Origin: Octopus vulgaris | Taxonomy: Eukaryota | DNA: 64,000 nucleotides | Direction of reading: 5' to 3' | Assembly (NCBI GenBank): GCA_951406725.2 | Contig: OX597815.1 | Coordinates: forward strand, 78,058,001-78,122,000 | Shown: piece by piece, positions 53,583-64,000 of the stretch | Layout: every line of letters begins with the position of its first letter | Numbering within the stretch: the first letter of the stretch is position 1 | Notes under the pieces: model-generated | Databases searched by the model: none | What the model was told of the DNA's origin: nothing | Seen by the model: only the letters and a program-made list of their open reading frames with translations | Position numbers and translations under genes: made by a program

Positions 53583-56500
53583 CTAGACTACTCGTGACCC
53601 GTTGAGTCACCGAGAAAGTCTGAGTTTGGTGTAGCTAGACTGTTTTAAAGATATGCTTTTAACTTTACAAACGAAAGTGTCATTTATTGCAGATTTAATA
53701 TTTTAACTGTCAGTTTGTCTCATGATATATTATCTGAAATATTTCAATTTTTTGTTTTCAGATCACGTGAACCAATCTAGTCCATTTAAAACTCCAAGGA
53801 CAATGCAAATGTTACATATTTTATCTTTAACTGGTATTCGATTTCAGTTGCAAAGGTAATATTCCTTTTAGAAAAAGCTGACCATGCCAGCGCAATTCTG
53901 CGACTGACAGCAATCTTTTTGTTTGAAATCGACAGCTTATGCCCTAGATAGAAAATTTCTCCTGCTTGCTTTAAAGGTCTGCCCTAAATTGTTATTCCAA
54001 GGCTTTGCTCTCTCTCTTATCCGTAGTCATGCACTTAGTCTTATCAAGATTAATTTGGAGACCTACTTTTACATTTGCAGCTAAGTGACTAATGAAATGC
54101 TGAAATATTGAACGCTAGTAATGTCATTGTTAATTGCAGCAATGTCATCTACATAGGTTTAAGGATCATTTAACCTCTACAGAGATACCACTACTATTTT
54201 CTCCTTTAGCCAATACTAAATAATAATTAAAAAAAAAAGAACCGACAAAATGTGACCTTGTTTAATGCCTTTTATTGTCTCCACAAATCTACTCGTACCA
54301 ACATAAGTCTTCATAACAAATTATAAACCTTCAAGTGTAGATTTAAGGAGGATAAATAATCCTTCTGGATAGGGCTGCAATCTAGGACACTCCAAAGCGA
54401 TGAAAGGTGTGTGCTTTCAAAAACCTTGGTAAAGTTAATGAAAACTATACGGTTTGGGGTTGTTGGGCTCAACTGATTTTTCTATAATTTATCGCCAGAA
54501 AATTATTTCTACGTATGTCTCTTCCAAGCTGGCTGGCGAAAATTTTTTCCCACGAGAGTTTCGGACCCCAGTTATGAACTTATTTGCATACAGCCAATAA
54601 GAGATCAACTATCAAACTAATTTATGAGTGCATAAGTGATGGGCGGTAAGGTTACTTGATTAAGGAATGACCATGTTTCTTTTCTCTTAATAATGTTTGT
54701 TGCTTTTGTTTCAACCACGGCTGCCTCTGTGTAGTTATTCTTGTTATTGTTTACTCCGATAATAGGTATAGATGCAAATCTATCTAATCAGGCATAACTT
54801 GGCGATCGGTCGATTTACAACACTGTTCTTCATCTTGAGTTTACTTGGTAGAATATGTTAACTTGAAAAGGTCAAGGTGAACTCTGGCTGTATGCAAATG
54901 AGTTCAATACTGGGGGTTCCGGAAACTCGTGGGAAAAAATTTCGCGGCCGGCCGGTATCCCGAGAACAAAGCATGTGTGTATACACACACACACACATTG
55001 TAGTGCGCTCCCGGCTTTGACCGGGTGTTATGACCTGCAGCCACATTGTATTATTTATTCCTTTCTTATGGGCAGAATCGGTACAGCTGATACATAGTGA
55101 ACTGGATTACTGGCGTAATGGAAGTTATTGTTTGTTTAAAAGTGAAGGTGGGGAGGGTACAATTTGCATGGGTTTGCATGAAAGTGCATTGTTCTTAAGA
55201 TCACAAACTATGAATTGTTTCATCGTATAAAAGGGGGTTAATACGATTTTACCCATAAATCACGTTTTCAAAATTTTAATTTCACTTCGTCCCCACCGCA
55301 ACTTCTTCATTTGTAACACTTTTTCGAATGTTTTTTCTCATCCACGTAGAGAAATACAGAGATTACGAATCTGAGAAATATTTTATTTTTTTCTTGAAGA
55401 AACACTCAATGCCCCTTCCCCTACTTCGCCTACCCGCTTTCAAAAAGCGAAAATCTCCCAATGTTTCACTTTCGTCTGGTGTTTCACGCATGCGTAGAAT
55501 TGTACTGAAATAAAAGACGTAAACAATACCAGACCACCACCAGAAAACCCGACATGCTAAAAACAGGTAAACGACATTATTTCTCAAGAAACTTCCTAGC
55601 TTTTCAAAAAGCTAAAAGTGAAATTGTTATGGCGAGAGCCATTGACACCCCTGGCGGATTGGAGAATGGATTAGCCGAACTCTTATAAAGAGTAGTGCTC
55701 GGTAGTAGAGGAGAGAGCGTTTTGTTAGCCTCACGAAGTACGTCGTGCGAACACATTGATTTACTTCCTCTGCATATTTATCTATACCAACCTGTTGTGG
55801 GATATAAAAGAAATATTGGGTGTTTGTAGCTTTTTGAAAGTGGTGAGATGATGGGTGGGTGTTTGGGAAGGAGATTTTAGTGTTTCTTTAAGAAAAAAGG
55901 AAGAAGAAAATTCTTAAAGATTCGTGCTGCTTTTTTTTCTTCGTGAATTTCGAAGAAAAAATTTTTAAAAAGTAAAAAAAAAAATGAAATTGGGGAGGGG
56001 AGGGAGAAAATTGAAATATTGAGAACGTGTTTGGGGGGCGAAATCCTAATCTCCTGTATCGAAATCATAGAAATCGAAGGAAATTTAGGAAAAAATGGGG
56101 GTGGGGCGCAAATGTCACCTTGGACATGCTAGAAACAGGTAAAGGACAGAGTTTCTGGAAAATCTTCCTTTTAAGTTTCTATCGAAGATCAGGTTTTTAA
56201 ATACACTCATCACAAACACGAATTACAAAATAGAAAAAGGTCGTTTCAATTGGATTTGGGCTGTAATTCTGCGCGTACGCACAGCAAGAAATAACTCGTA
56301 CAGAAGTTTTACATAGAGAGTGAGCGCGTGCCAAAAGAAGCTACTTCATGGCATTCTTTCGTTTGAAACGGCAAAGTTGTCTACTCGATCATATAGGATT
56401 ATATGACTGTTCGTTAATTTCCGTAATTTTTTTCTTTTCTTTACGCTTTGAAGAGTGCAGAAATTGAAAGAGAGGAGAAAGCGAAAAGGCAATATTTGCT

Positions 56501-56814
56501 TTGAAGTAAGAGCAGAAAGTGAAAGATGTATGTACTTGCATCTGAAATGGGCGTGTATGTGTGTGTGGTGTGGTGCGTGTGCGTGCGTGCGTGCGTGAAA
56601 CATCCGACGAAAGTGAAACATTAGAAGCGAATCGAAATATTGGCCGAAAATGACTCAAAATTGTGCAACCCGATCTCGTTTCCGAGGTTATTTTAGTAGT
56701 GAAAACAGTTGTGCCATAAACAGTTTATTTGGTAGCCGAAAGATTACTAAATCTTTTGATACCCTATACGCCAAAATCGGCAACTCAATTTTCGAATGCA
56801 TAAGAACATGCGCG

Positions 56815-56820
<6 letters not shown>
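53583..56820 (-). mobile_element. decayed Helitron (3' end at 53583; 5' limit uncertain)
   Basis: Hairpin plus CTAG end. Frameshifted PIF1-helicase-like traces near 53950-54400 (LHLKV...RLMLVR; GITI...GQTFKA). Internal inverted repeats at 54531-54572/54909-54953 and near 55461/56590. Confidence 0.45.
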
Positions 56821-56857
<37 letters not shown>

Positions 56858-57960
56858 TATGAAATTTTGCTCAGGTATACGACCTGCTAGAACTAGCTAA
56901 ATCGCATCTATGTAAAATTGCGTTCTACTATTGATAAAATTTCATATAACCTATGTCTAAAAAAGGGGTTACGGTTTAAATACCTCTGGTCATAAATCTA
57001 CTTGTCCAAGGCTAACCTGACACTAAACAACAATATAACTTCAAAGTAAGAAACAACAAACATAACATTCTTTAATGTCCTTGCTTTCGCAAGTCCAATA
57101 AATGACTGAACTTTTTTGTCAAACTAGAGGAGTATTAAAAGAGACATTCATGTGTAACTAATGGCAGTGATGAAAATATTCACATTTAATTCACAGCACA
57201 CAGTTGGCTCTGGGGCAGTACATTTAAAGGAGTAATAATACACATATACTGACAGTGGGTCAGTGATAGTAATCTGATAACCCTAAGGCAGCCCTAATCA
57301 AATAGGCGTATCTTTATTCAAATTAATTCAGCCATGATCATCCCAGCTTTTTTTTTCTTTTTTTTCTTTTTTTTGTCAGGAAACTGTGTTCCTTGAACGA
57401 TACTCTGCAGTATATCCATTGATTTTTTTTTTTTTTTAAGTTGAAAGAATACAATCTGAGGGTGACTTGGCTGCTATTTCTAGCAGGTCGAACAGTCACC
57501 TGGCATTACCTCGCTAGCTTATTATGCCTTATAGGCCAGTTAAGTGTTCGGCGATGCAGTTTTAATCGTCATTAAGCAATGTGTGTCAATTATAACGTCT
57601 TAACAATTACATGAACTTTTATCTATATATTTCATTTATTACCAGATGGTGTAAATCAATCGTTGCAGTCAGCTGTAATCCACTGGGTTTATAGATAGTT
57701 TTGCTGTAGTAGTTGTTCCAAATATATGCTATTGACGATAATTCGGTTATCATATCTACCTTTAGTTTGAAGTTAGATATTTAGCATCTGAGTAAACCAA
57801 ATGGAATTACTACAAAAATATTGCATTATTGTACAAACATTAACTGAGTGAACTATAAAGCTAGAGAGAGAGGTGTATGTGCGTGTGTGTATATATGACT
57901 TCTGACATCTGATAATGTGGGTGGGTCGAACGCGTCCTCGGAACTAAGTCAAACTGCTAT

Positions 57961-58590
57961 TACACACACACATATACTTATATATATATACATACATACA
58001 TATACATACATACACATACATACATACATACATATACATACATATATATATACATACATACATACATAACATACATATATACATACATACATAACATACA
58101 TATATACATACATATATAACATACATATACATACACATACATACATACATATATACATATATACATACATACATATAACATACATATATACATACATACA
58201 TAACATACATATATACATACATATATAACATACATATATACATACATATATACATACATATATACATACATATATACACACATATATACATACATATATA
58301 CACACATATATACATACATATATACACACATATATACATACATACATATATATACATACATACATATATACATATATATATACACACATATATACATACA
58401 TATATACATACATATATACATACATACATACATATATACATACATACATACATACATATACATACATACATACATATACATACATACATATACATACATA
58501 CATACATATACACACATACATATATACACATACATATATACATACATATATACATACATACATACATACATACATACATACATACATACA

Positions 58591-58624
<34 letters not shown>

Positions 58625-58776
58625 CATACATACATACATATATACATACATACATATATACATACATACATATATACATACATACATATATACATACATA
58701 CATATATACATACATACATATATACATACATACATATATACATACATACATATATATATACAGACTCACACGCATA

Positions 58777-58810
<34 letters not shown>

Positions 58811-59010
58811 CATACATACATATATACATACATACATATATACATACATACATATATACATACATACATATATACATACATACACATACATACACACATA
58901 CATACACACATATATACATACATATATACATACATATATACATACATATATACATACATATATACATACATATATACATATATACATACAGACACACATA
59001 TAGACGCACA
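57961..59010. repeat. 1-kb (TACA)n/(TA)n microsatellite
   Basis: Directly visible; source of the M/Y/V/C/I ORFs. Confidence 0.98.
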
Positions 59011-59628
59011 CAAACAACTATTCAGCTCGTTACATATTACGTAGTTGTGTGTTCGCCTGTTGAATAATTATGTTGTTAAGACTGGAAAATTTATATAAAC
59101 GTTTAAGTGACAGTGTCAGGACAACGTATTTAACTAGTTCATTATCATAAATCGATATTTAAAGCAACAAAAAAAATCGTTCTAACATTTAATACCAGCT
59201 TATCAGTTTGTCCAGCTTCAGCCGATTTCAGCCGATTACAAAATACCGTTGGATGATATATATAATTTTGATAACCTAATTGTAGAATGCAAATTTACAT
59301 AGACCACTCTCAGGAAAAATGCATACGCATATATATACTCCTGTTTTTTGGGGTTTTTTTTTACACAAAATGTTTACAAATGAAAAAAAAAAAAAGAAGT
59401 TCAACATGCAAATGATTAAATATGATTTGCAAAATGAATTCAATGAAATCTAACGTTAGCAAAAACTATCGTTATTTTCAATTTTTACACCTGTAAAATG
59501 TATGATCGTTGAAAAAAACAAAAAAAAAAAACATCATTCGGATGTGTTCTTAACGCAGGTCACTTATGAGTGTCAGAAAATTAGGAGTCAATGATATATT
59601 TTAAAATAGGAAATGTCATTTCTCTCGC

Positions 59629-59631
<3 letters not shown>

Positions 59632-59725
<94 letters not shown>

Positions 59726-59728
59726 AGA
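59632..59728. repeat. (TA)n(GA)n microsatellite
   Basis: Directly visible. Other short arrays at about 19872, 31252, 32987, 35101, 51635 and 56817. Confidence 0.95.
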
Positions 59729-61561
59729 GCTACGATGCTACAGTATGACCGCAGTCAAATGACAAACAAATGAAAATACATTTGTCGAAACTTGACCGTC
59801 TTATGTCTTCTTTTCCTGCTCATAGCTTTATACAGTTTAGTAGTAGTGTGCCCTCATATTCATGTAATACTACAGTTGAGTCGGCTATATACATGCACAC
59901 ACAAGGTCTAAGATCTATGTCAAGTGTAAAAAAAAAACATCTACATTGACGATATACAAATATCGATTAATATAAACTAATTATTGTTAACTTACAATGA
60001 AAATTAGTATCGACTGAACACACACACACATTTTGTGTGTGTGTGTTATTGATAAATCTGATTGAGGAAATTGAAAGCTTCACATTGACATACAAACGAT
60101 ATTTAAAAGAACGAGGCTAAGTCGTCATTTGACCTGCTAGAAATAGCAGCCAAATCTCCCGCAAATCACACCTTCAGTAAATAAGGTGGGATGGTCATGG
60201 ACGAAACGATCAAAATAGTTCTGAAGCAAAACAAAAACTTCTAAAATTCTTCAATTTTGTATATCAATTAGCAAACAGACAATATGGCTCTAGCTGGGGC
60301 ATGTAATAAACAGAATAACTGTTTGTAATATGTGGGCAAAAACTAGAAATGTTAAGGTAGGGAATTCTTAATTATATCCGACCCTAATATTTTATAGGTA
60401 CGAATGATGAAAAGTAAAGTTGACTTCCACAGGATTTCAACTTAGAATGTAAAGAGTGAGAATAGTAGAGTAAAACATTTTGTATAATGATTCTGCCAAT
60501 CTGCCGCCCTCGTTTGTTTCTAATTAGGCACAAGACTTAAAGCTTATACGTGTGTGGAGGGAAGGGACAGGCGAATATATCAAACCCCGAAGGATGAAAG
60601 TTGAAGCCGGCAGGACTTGAACTCAGAGCGTAAACATTGTAGGCATATTGCCTGAAGTTTTTGAAGAGGAAGACAGTCGATTATTTCGAACCCAACACTT
60701 TGAGTGGTGCTGTACCGACCCAAGAAGTATAAAAAACAAAGTTGATCGCGATAAGATTTGAACTCAGTATGTAAATTACCAGAAGTGATTTCTAACTGAC
60801 ATTAAGGTTACACTTTTCGAGTTGGCAGGTATTTAGTTGGTCTAATCGGAACAATTTGACTGGTATTACTCTATTTTATTGGTCTCAAATGTATGGTCTT
60901 AAAAGCATGAAAAGCAAAGTCGACCTGGGTGAGATTCGAACTTACAGCATAAAGAGATGTAACTAAATACAAGATATTAAGTTTGACGATCTCCTGATCC
61001 TATACACACACATCGCAATCAAGTGAAAATAATTATTTCTAACATTTGGAAAGGGAAGTTATAAGCCAACTATATCGATATCAGTATTTTACTGGTACTT
61101 TATTTTATCGACTCCAAAGGGACGGAAGGTAAAGTTGACCTCGGCGGGATTTGAAATTCTAACAGAGAACCGTTATTTAAATACTGCACATCTGACGCTC
61201 TAACAATCCTGTTAATCTACCGCCCTAAATAATGATTTCTTTTTCTTTCTTCCTAATTGTTGATATTTTTACACCTGAAACACGTAACGCGCCTTTTATG
61301 TCGGCATAAAACTAACGTTTACAGTTTACTGAAACCATTAGTATATTACTGGTACTACAATGTATATACTGACCGCCTCCTTCTCAAACCTGGAAAATAT
61401 TGAAAACACGAAGTTTATTACCGTGCAATCTGAACACAAGCTGAATATTGGGCCCTTGTGGTTAATAAAGAAACCGAACACAAGCTGAACAGATTGATAT
61501 AACATATGTAATCCAGTGTTCAAACCATTCCTTGGCAGCTCACAACCAATAAATATTTCTA

Positions 61562-61765
61562 TTTAGCCCTTTAGCATTCAGCATACTCCGTCAAATGTAA
61601 AGCTTTTTTCATCCACATATTTTGGATTAATCATGCGCTGTCTTGTAGCTCTGAGGTTTCAATGATATTTTTAGAATGGCATTGTAAAGTAGGTTTAAGG
61701 AATCAGATTAGGCTGCATTCAACATAAGGGCTCGATATGGCCGATTTAAATGCTAAACTTCAATT
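61562..61765. mobile_element. piggyBac-like MITE
   Basis: Termini ttagccctttagcatt and aatgctaaacttcaa (degenerate TTAA-CCC ends). Confidence 0.45.
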
Positions 61766-61801
61766 ATTTTCCCAATTCAGTTAAACCGAAACGATTCGGA
61801 A

Positions 61802-61930
61802 GAATAGAGTCAGAAATTATCCAGTGCATTAAAAAACGGCAGTTTTGGGAGAGTGTTTGTAAACTATGATGCTTATAACATGTCCGACGAAATTATGATT
61901 TTTGGTGCACTGGATAAGTTCTGACTATTC
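61802..61930. mobile_element. small TIR element
   Basis: agtcagaaattatccagtgca and tgcactggataagttctgact are inverted repeats. Confidence 0.65.
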
Positions 61931-62252
61931 TTCAAGAGCGCAGATTATATATATATGCACACACATTTATTTGTTTTGCAAGATTCTTGATGTGAAAACG
62001 TGTGTTGAAACATTGTTATATACTTGATTATTTCTTATGCCAATTAGACACACGCACTAATAGTGCGTGTGTTTAAGTAGCAAAAGATGACCGTTCCCAA
62101 GTATGTGTGCGTGAGAGAGAGAGAAAGGAAATCAATTCAATGAAGGGCCAGTAAATATAGTCTGTCTACTGGAAATTGCAGCCAAATTTCCATCAACACA
62201 CACACACCTTGCAGTCTTAAGAAAAGAACAGCTAGGATTAGAGTGCACTATA

Positions 62253-62443
62253 CGAGTGGGTGTTGAAAAGTTCCTGGCTTTAAGGGTGTCGCGAAAGGCT
62301 TTTCTAGTTCTTTTACGAGGTTTAGAAAAACTTAAGGACTGCTACAATAAGTATATGAATATGAGAGGGGGGAATATATTCAATAAAATCATAACTGATC
62401 CTCCTGTATTTTCTTTAGCCAGGAACTTTCCATTAACCCCTTG
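62253..62443 (+). mobile_element. mariner MITE retaining the transposase C-terminus
   Basis: TA-flanked TIRs (gttgaaaagttcctggct and agccaggaactttcc); GLEKLKDCYNKYMNMRG resembles the mariner C-terminal motif. Confidence 0.75.
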
Positions 62444-64000
62444 TATAATCTGAAAAGGAAGTGGAGAAATGCACGACTGGGACGTTTTGGATTCTAGCTC
62501 TACTCACTCATCGCTAACCAAAGGTTCAACAGTGACATATCTATCGCATATGAATGTAAACACAAATGATAATCCATCCACATGATACAATAAAAAGGTT
62601 GAGTATTTACGTCCGAAAAACAGCGCTGTCCTTTGATTCCCGCATTAGACCTCAAAATATTTCTAACTTAGGAGACAAAGCTAACAATTTTGAAGGGAGA
62701 AGTTATTCGATAACGTTGTCCCCCGCACGTGCTTAGTACTTTATGTTATCGACCACGAAAAGACGAAAGGTAAAAAGTGACCTCGACAGGATTTGAATTC
62801 AGTACATAAAGAATCGGAACAAAATATCGCACGGCATTTTGTCTGGCGCTCTAACGATTCTGCCAATCCGTCGTCCGGTAATATTCGTTTCTAATGTCGG
62901 AACAAACACAATAGTTCTAAGATGAAGGATGGGGGCGCTGATTACATCGACCCCAGTACTAGACCCCGCATGAATGAAAGGCCAAGACGACCTCGCTGAG
63001 ATTTGAATTCAGAACGTAAAGAAGCGGAAGAAATACTGCAAGATCGATGCTCTAACCATTCTACCAATCCTTCTCTCTAATAACAATCATAATTGGAATA
63101 ATAATAATTATAATTATAATACAATATAAACAAATGGATGCAATTAACCCAACTAATTTGTGTCCGAAAAGTAACAGGTAGTTTCTAAAACTTCGCGCGT
63201 CACCTATATATAGATACGCAGTATCCCACAGCCTTAGAAACTACTCAAGCGTTTCAAGTGTTGATTTTATTTGTTTCGTAGATCTTATCACCTTCTGTTA
63301 CATTTTATTCGACCACGCTATTTTTATGATTGTGCTTTGTATTTTCAAATAAATCAATGTGAACTAGGCCTTTTAATAAGAGCGAGTGACGGCCTTGTTC
63401 AATAAGAGATAAAAACTAAACAAATAACGCCCCGTCGAGGATGTGTTAACCTGGTTGCTGGACTTGCTAGAAACAGCAGTCATTTTCACAAAACTATCAT
63501 ATCCTGTACCGTGTTGGGATAAGGGGCCCTACTGGATAACGTATCTTCATATACCCTTTAAAAAGAGCAAGAGGGTGTGGCAAAGACATCTTTGATCACA
63601 TGCCCCACTGACCAGGAGCTATTTGGGATCTGAACGTCAGCAGCAACGATAAAAATAAACAGACAAAATTATAGTGCCATGAAATTCTGTAAATTGTTAA
63701 ATTTAAACTAGTAAGAAATACACGGAATACAGTTGTTCATTTAAACTAAACTTGAAAATATTTACAAACTACTAAGAAGAATTATTACCACTCGGCAGAG
63801 AGAAACTTCTTGATTTAAGTTACTCACACGTTGTTTAGAAACTCGTAGATGACATTAAAAGTTCAAGAAGTTATACTGAAAAAGTCATTCAAAATAAATG
63901 ACTAGAGCAGCTGCATTTCAGAAAGGTGAATTAAAAGTTAAAACATTTTTACGCAAGCCTTTAGTCGCCATGTTAATAAGGTTCGTGTATCCGGCGTGAT

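Noticed and set aside
57944-59017. ORFs up to 354 aa, M/Y/V/C-rich
   Set aside because: (TACA)n microsatellite artefacts.
61338-61523. 61-aa ORF with a 14-bp direct repeat and a possible micro-exon
   Set aside because: Unsupported; within chance expectation.

Overview
AT-rich, repeat-dense eukaryotic genomic DNA. The SINE, microsatellite and MITE content strongly resembles Octopus (coleoid cephalopod) genomes; this is an inference from recognised repeat families. The clear gene is the 5' part of a MAGUK p55-family gene (MPP2/MPP6/PALS2-like) on the minus strand. It has three phase-compatible exons encoding L27N, L27C and the start of the PDZ domain, plus a probable 22-nt first coding exon, and it continues off the left end. 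The rest is intronic or intergenic: tRNA-derived SINEs, RTE/CR1/Penelope retroelement fragments, Tc1/mariner, Merlin, piggyBac-like and Helitron pieces, and two >1 kb microsatellites that generate the long spurious ORFs. Most notable: (1) five degenerate hammerhead-ribozyme cores linked to Penelope-like and fold-back elements; (2) Merlin MITEs with 8-bp TSDs and internal TTAGGG-like repeats; (3) a chain of splice-flanked, stop-interrupted plus-strand exons at 40.7-43.4 kb, possibly a decayed FAM227-like ciliary gene; (4) two similar SINE/RTE head-to-head chimeras; (5) a perfect 57-bp tail-to-tail pair of Helitron 3' ends. Repeat boundaries are approximate unless a TSD is given. Homology calls are from memory, not from searches.
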